64,000 bases of DNA, taken from positions 4,215,514-4,279,513 of the forward strand of contig OZ240665.1 in assembly GCA_965198565.1 (NCBI GenBank), written 5' to 3'. Position 1 is the first letter of the stretch, and each line of letters starts with the position of its first letter. The notes under the pieces were generated by a model. It ran no database searches. It was not told the origin of the DNA and saw only the letters and a list, made by a program, of their open reading frames with translations. The translations under genes and the position numbers were made by a program. This document shows positions 20,448 to 29,457 of the stretch, piece after piece. Source of the DNA: Acetobacteraceae bacterium. Lineage in GTDB: Bacteria > Pseudomonadota > Alphaproteobacteria > Acetobacterales > Acetobacteraceae.

Positions 20448-21706
20448 CCCTGCTCGCCTCGCCCTGGAGCACGTGGGGAATTGCTGGGCTGGCCACGGCC
20501 GGCGTCATCACGCGCCCGTTCTCCTGGCCAGAGTTCATCTGGGCTGTTGCCGGGGCTGGCCTGCTCGTGCTGCTCGGCTTGCTCTCGCCGGCCGAAGCTT
20601 GGTCCGGCGTGGCCAAGGGAACCGACGTCTACCTGTTCCTGACCGGCATGATGCTGCTGTCCGAGCTGGCCCGGCAGGAAGGCTTGTTCGACTGGCTGGC
20701 CGCTCACGCCGCCGCCCAGGCGAGGGGCTCGGCCGCGCGATTGTTCAGCCTCGTATTCGCCGTCGGCACGGTCGTCACCGTGTTCCTATCCAACGACGCC
20801 ACGGCCGTGGTGCTCACGCCCGCGGTCGCGGCCGTGGTCAAGACCGCACAGGCGAAGCAGCCGCTGCCGTACCTGTTCATCTGCGCCTTCATCGCCAACG
20901 CCGCGAGCTTCGTGCTACCGATCTCCAACCCGGCGAACCTGGTCATCTACGGCAGCCACATGCCGCCGCTGCTGCATTGGCTGCCGCAATACGCGCTGCC
21001 ATCGGTGCTCTCCATCCTCGGCACCTACGCTGTGCTGCGCTTCACGCAGAGTGCCTCGCTGCGTCAGCAGGTGTCGGCCGATATCGACAAGCCCGCGCTC
21101 TCGGGCGGTGGCAAAATGGCTGCGGTCGGCATCGTTGCGACGGCACTGGTGCTGCTGGCGTGTTCGGGTTTCGACATCCAGCTCGGGCTGCCGACCTTCC
21201 TGGCCGGGCTCGCAACGGCGATCCTGGTGCTGACCCGCTCGAAGAACGGCGTCGGCGTGACCGCGAAAAACATCTCCTGGGGCGTGCTGCCGCTCGTCGC
21301 CGGCCTGTTCGTGCTGGTGCAGGCGCTGGAGAAAACCGGCGTCACGCGGGCGCTTGCCGACCAGGTGCAGGGCATCGTCCAGCAATCCGCGACCCTTGCG
21401 GCTTGGGGCGCGGGCGTCGTGCTCGCGGTTGGCTGCAACCTCGTCAACAACCTGCCCGCCGGCCTCGTCGCCGGCCGCGTTGTCGAGTTGGCGCATGTGC
21501 CAGAGCACGTGCGCCGCGCGGTGCTGATCGGCGTCGATCTCGGACCGAACCTGTCGGTGACCGGTTCGCTGGCGACGATCCTGTGGCTGACGGCGCTCCG
21601 ACGCGAGGGTCAGAGCGTCAGCGCCTGGGCATTCCTCAAGCTCGGCGCCCTGGTTATGCCGCCGGCGCTGCTCTTGGCGATCGCAGGCGCGTTCGCCTTT
21701 GGCTAA
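20444..21706 (+). CDS. ArsB/NhaD-family (arsenic-transporter-like) permease
   Basis: YLFLTGMMLLSELAR.EGLFDWLA, LSNDATAVVLTP, IANAASFVLPISNPANLV, NNLPA, GVDLGPNLSVTGSLATILW. Confidence 0.88.
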   Translation: MTLLASPWSTWGIAGLATAGVITRPFSWPEFIWAVAGAGLLVLLGLLSPAEAWSGVAKGTDVYLFLTGMMLLSELARQEGLFDWLAAHAAAQARGSAARLFSLVFAVGTVVTVFLSNDATAVVLTPAVAAVVKTAQAKQPLPYLFICAFIANAASFVLPISNPANLVIYGSHMPPLLHWLPQYALPSVLSILGTYAVLRFTQSASLRQQVSADIDKPALSGGGKMAAVGIVATALVLLACSGFDIQLGLPTFLAGLATAILVLTRSKNGVGVTAKNISWGVLPLVAGLFVLVQALEKTGVTRALADQVQGIVQQSATLAAWGAGVVLAVGCNLVNNLPAGLVAGRVVELAHVPEHVRRAVLIGVDLGPNLSVTGSLATILWLTALRREGQSVSAWAFLKLGALVMPPALLLAIAGAFAFG

Positions 21707-21727
21707 ACCAATAAAGGAGACACGGAA

Positions 21728-22183
21728 TTGCAGAACATCAGCTCGGCTTGGCTGTATCCCCTCATCCTGGTCGCTGGCGCGCTGCAGGCGTGGGGGCCGC
21801 CGATGAACGGTGCGCTTCGCAAATCGCTGGAAAACCCCTGGCTCGCCAGCATCATCTCGTTCCTTCCGATCGTGGCCTTGCTGATGGTGCTGTGGTTCTG
21901 CCTGCCCACGCCGCTGCCGACGGCCAAGGGTATCGGCGGATTGCCCTGGTGGGCGCCGTTGGGCGGCTTGCTTGGCGCCTTCGCCGTGATCATGGGCCTG
22001 TTGTTCGTGGACAAGATCGGCGCCGGGCCGTTCGCCGGGCTGACCATCACGGCCAACATCCTGATGTCGCTGCTGATCGACCAGTTCGGCCTGTTCGGGA
22101 TGGAGCAGCACAGCCTCAACATCTGGCGCATCCTGGGCGGCGCTTTGATGACGGCCGGCATCGTCCTGATCGCGGCGTTCTGA
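21728..22183 (+). CDS. DMT family transporter (YdcZ/DUF606-like)
   Basis: Small five-TM protein with NGALR, PWW..LGGLLGA, SLLIDQFG; TTG start after GGAGA. Confidence 0.8.
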   Translation: MQNISSAWLYPLILVAGALQAWGPPMNGALRKSLENPWLASIISFLPIVALLMVLWFCLPTPLPTAKGIGGLPWWAPLGGLLGAFAVIMGLLFVDKIGAGPFAGLTITANILMSLLIDQFGLFGMEQHSLNIWRILGGALMTAGIVLIAAF

Positions 22184-22404
22184 GTTTGGATGGCTACGAT
22201 GACGCGGCTCACCGGAAGCTAGGCGCGCGACCAGCTATTCCGGCCGAAGCCCACGGTGGCAAGCCTGGTCGAGCTGAATTCTTGGCTGGGAGCCCAGTGC
22301 ATTGCCTATACCAAGCGCCACGACCACCCGGCGTTACGGTGTAACAGACCGTCGACCCGGCGACCCTGTTGCCTGGTCGTCTGGCCAGCCACTCCATTGG
22401 CGCC

Positions 22405-22419
22405 CGGCAAGATTTGCCG
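22405..22419. promoter_or_regulatory. FlbD-type enhancer (ftr-like inverted repeat)
   Basis: CGGCAA-GAT-TTGCCG perfect inverted repeat about 60 bp upstream of the sigma54 promoter of flgF. Confidence 0.65.
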
Positions 22420-22479
22420 CATGGGTCGAAAACGACCCCTTAGACTGCACAAACATGGCTGAAAACCGTCACCCGCAGG

Positions 22480-22494
22480 TGGCACAGGCTTTGC
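22480..22494 (+). promoter_or_regulatory. sigma54 (-24/-12) promoter of flgFGAH
   Basis: TGGCAC-AGGCT-TTGC, exact GG-N10-GC spacing. Confidence 0.85.
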
Positions 22495-22528
22495 GGAAGA
22501 GGGAGGGAACAGAGTTTGAGGCCATGCC

Positions 22529-23269
22529 GTGGAGAACGCGACGACGATTGCTTTGTCCCGCCTTGTAGCGCAGCAGCGCGCGATGGACGTGACTGCTTCC
22601 AACCTAGCCAACGCAAACACACCCGGCTTCAAAACAGAAAAGACCTTGTTTGCGGACTGGCTGGATAAGCAGTCCGGCGTGACCGCTCCGCGTGGCGGGC
22701 AGGCGCTGGTTTTCACGCAAGATCGCGCGACCTATCGCGAGCAGGCGGATGGCGCGGTCGACAAGACTGCAAACCCGCTCGATCTCGCTATCGCGGGCTC
22801 CGGTTTCTTTACCGTGCAAAGCAAAGCCGGGCCGATGCTCACTCGGGCGGGCCGCTTCGATCTGCAACCCGACGGGACCGTTGCAGATGCCCAGGGGGAC
22901 GCGTTGCTCGATACGCAAGGCAAGCCGCTCAAAGTCACCAGTGCCGACACGATGTTGGCGGTGAGCAGCGACGGAACCTTGAGCAGCGAGAATGGCCAGC
23001 TCGGCAAGATCGGGATCGTGGCGCCCGCGGACCTGAACCGGATGCAGACGGAGGGCGGCAGATTGCTGTCGGCGCAAACGCCGACGTCCCCGGTCGATCA
23101 ACCTAAGGTCATGCAAGGCGCGTTGGAAAACAGCAACGTGGAACCGATCGCAGAAACGACCAGCATGATGAGCGAGCTTCGCGAGTTCCAGTTCGTCACG
23201 CAGTTTGTCGAGGCGGAGAGCCAGAGACAGCAAACGTCGATCGACAAACTGACCCAGCACCAGTCCTAG
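22529..23269 (+). CDS. flgF: flagellar basal-body rod protein FlgF
   Basis: SNLANANTPGFK, NPLDLAI.G.GFF, TRAGRF, LENSNV. Confidence 0.93.
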   Translation: MENATTIALSRLVAQQRAMDVTASNLANANTPGFKTEKTLFADWLDKQSGVTAPRGGQALVFTQDRATYREQADGAVDKTANPLDLAIAGSGFFTVQSKAGPMLTRAGRFDLQPDGTVADAQGDALLDTQGKPLKVTSADTMLAVSSDGTLSSENGQLGKIGIVAPADLNRMQTEGGRLLSAQTPTSPVDQPKVMQGALENSNVEPIAETTSMMSELREFQFVTQFVEAESQRQQTSIDKLTQHQS

Positions 23270-23338
23270 GGCTTGTCGCTCTAGGCCTGACTTCTCCCAT
23301 CAAACGACTGCTCGACTACTCTCAAGGAACCTGCACAA

Positions 23339-24124
23339 ATGAGATCGCTGGACATCGCAAGCACTGGCATGCAAGCGCAGCAAACCAATGTCGACGTCAT
23401 CTCCAACAACCTCGCCAACATGACGACGACGGGATTCAAGCGGCGCCGGGCCGAGTTCCAGGATCTGATCTACCAGAATCTTCGGCGGGTGGGCTCCAAT
23501 ACGTCCGATACCGGATCGGTGGTCCCCGCCGGGGCGCAAGTGGGCTTGGGTGTGCGGACGGCGGCGATCTATCCCATCAATGAACAAGGCACGCTGCAGC
23601 AAACGGCCAACAGCCTGGACCTGGCGGTCCAAGGCAACGGCTACTTTCCCGTCACGCTGCCATCGGGCGACACGGCCTACACCCGCGACGGCACGTTCGG
23701 TCTCTCGCCGGACGGCACGATCGTCACGGCGGACGGCTATCCGGTCGGCGCTGGCATCACGGTGCCAACCAACGCAACCGCGATCACCATCAGCACGAAT
23801 GGACAAGTGCAGGCCAGCGTCGCCGGGCAAGTCGCGCCGCAGACGGTGGGAACCCTGCAGCTTGCGGTGTTTCCGAACGAGGCAGGCTTGGATGCCCAGG
23901 GCAGCAACCTCTTTCTGCAGAGCGGCGCCAGTGGCTCGCCGACGACGGGAGCGCCTGGCGCGGCCGGGTTCGGCACTGTGTTGCAGGGCTTCGTCGAAGG
24001 ATCCAACGTCAACGTCGTCACCGAGATCAGCAACTTGATCACCGCGCAACGAGCCTATGAGATGAACAGCAAGGTGATCACCACGTCGGATCAGATGCTG
24101 TCCACTCTGACGAACCTACGGTGA
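23339..24124 (+). CDS. flgG: flagellar basal-body rod protein FlgG
   Basis: ISNNLANMTTTGFKR.RAEFQDLIYQ, YTRDG.F, EGSNVNVV.E...LITAQRAYEMNSK. Confidence 0.97.
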   Translation: MRSLDIASTGMQAQQTNVDVISNNLANMTTTGFKRRRAEFQDLIYQNLRRVGSNTSDTGSVVPAGAQVGLGVRTAAIYPINEQGTLQQTANSLDLAVQGNGYFPVTLPSGDTAYTRDGTFGLSPDGTIVTADGYPVGAGITVPTNATAITISTNGQVQASVAGQVAPQTVGTLQLAVFPNEAGLDAQGSNLFLQSGASGSPTTGAPGAAGFGTVLQGFVEGSNVNVVTEISNLITAQRAYEMNSKVITTSDQMLSTLTNLR

Positions 24125-25104
24125 TCTCGATGTGCATCCGGCTTTTCCCGCTGATGACGCTGGGCCTGGGGCTGGTTCTTTGCCCGCGGGTTCATGGCGA
24201 GACGTTGCGCAACGCCACTGAATTGCACACGGATCTGGTACATCTATCGGATTTGTTCGAGGGCGTCGAACATGACCGCGCCATCGGCCCCGCACCGGAG
24301 TTCGGCGGACGGATTTTAGTCGAAGCGGCCCAACTCGATGCAATCGCCCGCCAGTTCGGGCTGAATTGGCACAGCAGCAATGCGGGTGATCGGGTGTTCC
24401 TGAGCCGACCGGGCAGCCCGTTTACCACCGAGCAGGCGATGGCGGTGTTGCGTCCGGCGCTGCAGCTTGCCGGCGTCTCGAGTGATGCAGACATCGACCT
24501 GCAAGGCTATGCACCGCCGATGCTGCCCCCAGGAGAGCCCGTCTCTGGCGAGATACAAGGCCTGGAGTATGAGCAAGACAGCGGCCGGTTTACCGCCCTG
24601 CTCACCCTTGCCGCACCTGAGATGCAACTGGTGCGAACGCGCGTTTCGGGTCGCGTTCAGGAGATGGTCAGTGTTCCGGTTGCCAATCGCCGGCTGCTCC
24701 CAGGCGATTTGATTGAACAGAGTGACGTGAAAATGGGGCGTCTGCGCGCCACAGCGGTCCGCAACGAAGTTGCGCGTACGCCGGATCAGCTCATCGGGAT
24801 GGCAGTACGCAAACCGGTTGGCCCCGGCATACCATTCGGAGTTGCCGATTTCGGTCCACCGGTGGCGGTTCGCAAAGGCCAACTGGTCCATATCGAGCTG
24901 CAATATCCAGGACTGCTCATCTCGGCACAGGCGATGGCCGCAGAGAGCGGGGCGGTGGGCGACCACGTCCGCGTGGCCAATCTCACTTCGCACGCAATGC
25001 TCGATGCCGAAGTCGTTGGTGGCGGGCAGGTTCGTCTGACGGGGTCCCCGGTCACTTCTGCCGCCACGTACAACCCTCGTTTGCCGTCGGAGATTAGGCC
25101 ATGA
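24121..25104 (+). CDS. flgA: flagellar basal-body P-ring formation chaperone FlgA
   Basis: SAF-like C-terminus, VRKGQLV, A.ESGAVGD.VRVAN; position between flgG and flgH. Confidence 0.88.
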   Translation: MISMCIRLFPLMTLGLGLVLCPRVHGETLRNATELHTDLVHLSDLFEGVEHDRAIGPAPEFGGRILVEAAQLDAIARQFGLNWHSSNAGDRVFLSRPGSPFTTEQAMAVLRPALQLAGVSSDADIDLQGYAPPMLPPGEPVSGEIQGLEYEQDSGRFTALLTLAAPEMQLVRTRVSGRVQEMVSVPVANRRLLPGDLIEQSDVKMGRLRATAVRNEVARTPDQLIGMAVRKPVGPGIPFGVADFGPPVAVRKGQLVHIELQYPGLLISAQAMAAESGAVGDHVRVANLTSHAMLDAEVVGGGQVRLTGSPVTSAATYNPRLPSEIRP

Positions 25105-25859
25105 AGAAGTCGTTCCGGGTGTCGCTGTTCGGCTGCTCGGCCCTCGTCGTGTCGATCATGCTCACGGGTTGCGGGACCTTGACAAAGCTGTCCGAAATCG
25201 GCCGGCCACCCAGCATGACTGAAACGAGCAACCCGACCGAAGATCCCAATTGGCGCCCGGTGACCATGCCGATGCCGCGTCCGCAAGCGGCGCCAACGGA
25301 AGCCAACAGCCTGTGGCGCTTTGGCAGCCGGGCGTTCTTCAAGGACCAGCGCGCGGCACAAGTGGGAGATATCCTCACAGTGCTGGTGAACATCGCGGAT
25401 AAGGGCGTGCTCGACAACGCGACGGGAGCGACACGAACCGGCACCGAAAATGCTGGCGCATCCAACCTCCTGGGCCTGGAGACCATGCTTCCCAAGCTCA
25501 TCAACAAGAACCTGAACCCGAGCGCTTTGATCAACACCAACAGCACCAACACCAACACGGGAACGGGAACTATCAAGCGGGATGAGACCGTTACGTTGCG
25601 CGTGGCTGGCGTGGTGACGCAGGTTCTGCCGAACGGGAACCTGGTCGTCGAGGCGCGTCAGGAAGTTCGCGTCAACAGCGAGTTGCGTGAGCTCAAGGTG
25701 AGTGGTGTGGTTCGTCCGCAGGACATCGCGAGCGACAACACGGTCGTCCATGATCGGATGGCCGAAGCGCGGATTGCTTACGGCGGCCGCGGCACACTGA
25801 CGGAGGTGCAGCAGCCGCGTTACGGTCAGCAGGTGATGGACGCAATACTTCCTTTCTGA
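25101..25859 (+). CDS. flgH: flagellar L-ring protein FlgH
   Basis: Lipobox LTGC, NSLW..GSRAFFKDQRA..VGDILTV, LPNGNLV, GVVRPQDI, RIAYGGRG. Confidence 0.96.
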   Translation: MKKSFRVSLFGCSALVVSIMLTGCGTLTKLSEIGRPPSMTETSNPTEDPNWRPVTMPMPRPQAAPTEANSLWRFGSRAFFKDQRAAQVGDILTVLVNIADKGVLDNATGATRTGTENAGASNLLGLETMLPKLINKNLNPSALINTNSTNTNTGTGTIKRDETVTLRVAGVVTQVLPNGNLVVEARQEVRVNSELRELKVSGVVRPQDIASDNTVVHDRMAEARIAYGGRGTLTEVQQPRYGQQVMDAILPF

Positions 25860-25874
25860 TCGGGCACTATGGTC

Positions 25875-25902
25875 TGCTCAGCCTGGCCGTTCAGGCTGAG
25901 CA
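25875..25902. terminator. stem-loop after flgH (possible terminator, no U-tract)
   Basis: TGCTCAGCCTG-gccgtt-CAGGCTGAGCA, perfect 11-bp stem. Confidence 0.4.
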
Positions 25903-25981
25903 AGCTCGAGCGCTGGTGCTCTTTTGGACAGCGGCAGCAATCTGCTAGCTAGCCTGGAGTCAGCCGAGGATCCCGCTGCTT

Positions 25982-28042
25982 TTGGACGACCCACTCGCTC
26001 CGTTGCTTGCTCCGGTGTCCGACTTGAACGGCGTGGGCCCGGCCACTGCGGAGAAGCTCGCCCGGCTGACCGGGGGCCAGCGCGTGCGAGATTTGCTGTT
26101 CCACCTGCCGGACCGCTTCATCGATCGCCGCTCGCGCGCCAGCATCAAGGACAGTGTTGCGGGCCAGGTCACGACCTGGGACGTCGAGCTGGCCGGGCAC
26201 GAGCCGGCGGAAAAGCCCAACCATCCCTGGCGTATCCGCGTCACCGACGGCACCGCATTCGCCGAGCTGGCGATTTGGGACAAGCAGCGGCTCGGCAGCG
26301 TCATCAGGGCACAGGCTCGCACCGCCTGGGTGGTGAGCGGGCGGGTGGAGGCATTCGGCAGCCGCCTCTCCATGCGGGACCCGGCGTATGTGGTGGAGCG
26401 GGGGAACGCCGGGTCGATTCCGGCGATCGATCCGGTCTGGCCGATGACGGCGCGCCTGTCCGCCCGCGAGCTGCGCGCCGCCATGGCGGCCGCCGCCGCG
26501 CGGGTGCCGGCGCTGCCCGAGTGGCATGACGCGGCCATGCTGCGTCGCTACGGGTGGCCGAGTTTCCGGGCGGCGTTGCTGGGGCTGCAGAGCCCGGCCG
26601 AGCCGCCTTCGCCCGCACTCCGCGGCCGGCTCGAATACGACGAGCTGCTGGCGCACCAGCTCAAGATCGGCTGGATGCGGCGGCGCGAGCGCAACCGCCC
26701 GGGCCGCGCTTTGGAAGGCGGCGGCGCCTTGCGGGCGGAGGCGCTGCTGCGGTTCGGCCTCCCCCTCACCGCGAGCCAAGACCGCGCCCTGGCAGAGATC
26801 AGCGCCGACCTCGCCGCGCCCCGGCGCATGATCCGGCTGCTGCAGGGCGACGTGGGCAGCGGCAAGACGCTGGTCGCGGTGTTGGCCATGTTGACGGCGG
26901 TGGAGGCGGGCGCCCAGGCGGCGCTGATGGCGCCGACCGAGGTGCTGGCAAAGCAGCATTTGCGCACGCTCGAGCGGCTCGCCCCCTGCCCTGTCGGGCT
27001 GCTCACCGGGTCGATCACGGGGGCGGCGCGGCGCAACCTCTTGCTCGCCCTTGGCAACGGCCGGCTGCCCATCGTCGTCGGCACCCACGCGCTGTTCCAG
27101 GAGCCGGTCGCATTCCGCGATCTCGGCCTGGCGGTGATCGATGAGCAGCATCGCTTCGGCGTGGAGCAGCGGCTGATGCTCGGCGACAAAGGCGACCGGA
27201 CGGACTTGCTGGTCATGACCGCCACCCCGATCCCGCGCACGCTGCTGCTGACCCATTGGGGCGAGATGGACGTGAGCCGCCTGGTGGAGAAGCCGGGCGG
27301 GCGCCGGGCGATCCGCACCAGCCTGCATTCCTTGGGCGCCTTCGAAGGCGTGGTGGAAGGGATCGGGCGGGCGCTGGAGCGGGGCGAGCAGGTCTATTGG
27401 GTGTGTCCGTTGGTGGCGGACAGCATGGCGTTGGACCTGGCTGCCGCGGAGGCGCGCTTTGCCGACCTGCGCGCGCGCTTCGGCCCCCAGGTCGTCCTGG
27501 CGCACGGCCAGCAGGACACGGGGGCGCGGGACGCGGCTTTGGCGAGTTTTTCTGCCGGGCAGTCTCGCCTGCTGGTCGCGACGACCATCATCGAGGTCGG
27601 CGTCGATGTGCCCGGCGCGAGCGTGATGGTGATCGAACATGCCGAGCGCTTCGGGCTGGCCCAGTTGCACCAATTGCGCGGCCGTGTCGGGCGCGGGGCG
27701 GCGCAGAGCTACTGCCTGTTGCTGCACGAGGACGGATTGAGCGAGACCGCGCGGCAACGATTGCTGCTGCTGCGGGATACCGAGGATGGGTTTGTGATCG
27801 CAGACGAAGACTTTCGCTTGCGCGGCGCGGGCGACTTGCTCGGCAAGCGGCAGTCTGGGGCGCCCAAGTTCAGGCTGTCGAATTTCGAGGCGCAGGATGG
27901 CATGCTGCGGGTCGCGAGCCAGGATGCGGCCGTGCTGCTGGAGCGGGACCCGGAACTCACCGGCGAGCGAGGACAGGCCGCGCGGCTGCTGATGCGGTTG
28001 TTCGACCGCGACGCCACGTTGGGGACGCTTGCGGTGGGCTAG
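25982..28042 (+). CDS. recG: ATP-dependent DNA helicase RecG
   Basis: LLQGDVGSGKT, MAPTEVLAKQH, VIDEQHRFGV, MTATPIPRTL, QLHQLRGRVGRG, DFRLRGAGD. Confidence 0.97.
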   Translation: MDDPLAPLLAPVSDLNGVGPATAEKLARLTGGQRVRDLLFHLPDRFIDRRSRASIKDSVAGQVTTWDVELAGHEPAEKPNHPWRIRVTDGTAFAELAIWDKQRLGSVIRAQARTAWVVSGRVEAFGSRLSMRDPAYVVERGNAGSIPAIDPVWPMTARLSARELRAAMAAAAARVPALPEWHDAAMLRRYGWPSFRAALLGLQSPAEPPSPALRGRLEYDELLAHQLKIGWMRRRERNRPGRALEGGGALRAEALLRFGLPLTASQDRALAEISADLAAPRRMIRLLQGDVGSGKTLVAVLAMLTAVEAGAQAALMAPTEVLAKQHLRTLERLAPCPVGLLTGSITGAARRNLLLALGNGRLPIVVGTHALFQEPVAFRDLGLAVIDEQHRFGVEQRLMLGDKGDRTDLLVMTATPIPRTLLLTHWGEMDVSRLVEKPGGRRAIRTSLHSLGAFEGVVEGIGRALERGEQVYWVCPLVADSMALDLAAAEARFADLRARFGPQVVLAHGQQDTGARDAALASFSAGQSRLLVATTIIEVGVDVPGASVMVIEHAERFGLAQLHQLRGRVGRGAAQSYCLLLHEDGLSETARQRLLLLRDTEDGFVIADEDFRLRGAGDLLGKRQSGAPKFRLSNFEAQDGMLRVASQDAAVLLERDPELTGERGQAARLLMRLFDRDATLGTLAVG

Positions 28043-28101
28043 GGCCGGGGTGGAACACGTCCATGGCCGAGCCGGTGCAGTGTGAGGCAGAAGGGGGGCG
28101 C

Positions 28102-28210
28102 TGACCGTATTTGGGCCGTTAGCGGACCGTCGGCTATGGAATGGGGAGATTGCGTCTATCAGACTTTCGCTGCCGGCTCTCTACCGGCCTATAAAAGCCA
28201 AAGCGGAAAT
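28102..28210. repeat. left flanking GACCG/GTCGGC..AGCGGA palindromic units of the orphan cassette
   Basis: tgaccgtatttgggccgttagcggac followed by cgtcggcta...aaagcggaaat. Confidence 0.45.
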
Positions 28211-28350
28211 TGAGAAGCCCTCACTGCAGATCCCCATTATGGAATTGCAGCCCTGCACCCTTCCATAACGTCCATTCTCAAGACCTGGCGGGGCTCAATA
28301 CAGGACCGCCGCGCAGGAGATTCGAGTGCCTAATCGGGTGTTATGGCAAG

Positions 28351-28761
28351 TCATCTTTGGGCATCAGGTGGCAACGGGGTAATGCGGAAAGCACCACCTT
28401 GAACTGCTGGCAGAACTACTCCGAAAACAGTCCCGAGAGGAAGCTTATACCATGCATGTCCGTCCCAGCAGTCGCCTGTAATTTTAGTAACCACGACACA
28501 ATCAACCGGACCATTGGCGCGAGCATAGTGGCGGGGACCGAGAGGATATATATTTTGCCACGCCTTGCCGTCCCAGCACCGGTTATCTTTGTCAAATCCG
28601 AAACAGACAATGTTAGTTCCGGCAGGCTGAAAACCGCCACCGCGCATTGCAGGTAAATTCACGCCATAGATGCCAACTTCTTCGGCCTTAGCGCCTTCTA
28701 ACGGTACGACAGCCACGATAATGGCGAAAGCTAGAATGAGACCGCGAGTTCTGTTGATCAT
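28351..28761 (-). CDS. secreted hypothetical protein with a duplicated CWDGxAW motif
   Basis: Signal peptide (AxA-E cleavage), two C-x7/8-CWDG-x-AW..PLG repeats, lower GC, 5 nt after the upstream ORF stop. Confidence 0.75.
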   Translation of the reverse strand: MINRTRGLILAFAIIVAVVPLEGAKAEEVGIYGVNLPAMRGGGFQPAGTNIVCFGFDKDNRCWDGKAWQNIYPLGPRHYARANGPVDCVVVTKITGDCWDGHAWYKLPLGTVFGVVLPAVQGGAFRITPLPPDAQR

Positions 28762-28766
28762 TTGAG

Positions 28767-29033
28767 TTACGTATTGCCAAGAGTTTTTCCACTCTTTGCG
28801 CGTTCTACGATTTCTTCAATTTGGGCAGGGGATTGGCCGTATTCATCAGCTAGGACCAGCCGGAACTTGCTTTCGGTCAGACCCTTGCCGTCATCCGGCT
28901 CACTGCCATCAGCAAGATTGAGCCCGTGAATGGATCGCCCTGTTTCCCTCGTCTTGTCCGACAAAGCCAAGGTCATAAAGCGCCATTCGCCTTCGGTGTC
29001 TTTCCAGCCTTTGTAACCTACCTGGCTCATCAT
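28767..29033 (-). CDS. small hypothetical protein (88 aa)
   Basis: Strong AGGAGG RBS directly before ATG, balanced composition, lower GC. Confidence 0.7.
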   Translation of the reverse strand: MMSQVGYKGWKDTEGEWRFMTLALSDKTRETGRSIHGLNLADGSEPDDGKGLTESKFRLVLADEYGQSPAQIEEIVERAKSGKTLGNT

Positions 29034-29343
29034 TCCTCCTTCTCGGGCCTATGCCGGATGATCCTAACCCACTTTTTGCAACCCGGATTGCAACCTCGTC
29101 TGCTGACGCATTTTCGGGTGTGAAGGCGCAAAGCAGGACGATACAGGTAGCACCGCTAACCGTGCGTACCGTGTGAGGAAGTCTCCTCGGCATCGTCTAG
29201 CTCTCCGTAAACCCAGGTATTCAGCAACCCATGAGTGGCACCATCCGATCATGCCCGCAATCAAGCAGTCCCGAAAGTCGACTTTTGGCGGAGCCCGCAC
29301 GGCATGCCGCATCAAAGTCTTACGTGTTCCGAAAGATATGACC

Positions 29344-29452
29344 GTGTCCGCTTTCCAATCATTCCCGGCCACCCCGATCTCTAGCGGTCATGTCCGCTTC
29401 CGGGCATTCACGTGGTGAGGGTGAGCGGCCGACATTGGCACGAAGCGGCCAT
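29344..29452. repeat. right flanking tandem GTCCGCTT..AGCGGNCAT palindromic units
   Basis: gtgtccgctt..tagcggtcat (29344-29391) abutting atgtccgctt..aagcggccat (29390-29452). Confidence 0.55.
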
Positions 29453-29457
29453 CCAGC

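Larger units (their letters stand above)
13221..22200. other. putative accessory metal-resistance islet adjacent to tRNA-Ala
   Basis: Starts right after the tRNA 3' end; efflux and transport cargo plus a pseudogene; no integrase or attR copy seen, so boundaries are approximate. Confidence 0.4.

Noticed and set aside
13200-22400. attL/attR duplication of the tRNA-Ala 3' end
   Set aside because: No second copy of ccgcttggctccacca was found by eye and there is no integrase.
28052-28076. Second EcfG-like promoter (GGAAC-N16-CGGT)
   Set aside because: Mismatch in the -10 element and no credible downstream plus-strand gene.
28102-29452. Classical integron attC cassette
   Set aside because: The flanks lack RYYYAAC/GTTRRRY cores and there is no intI; retained only as a non-canonical cassette hypothesis.
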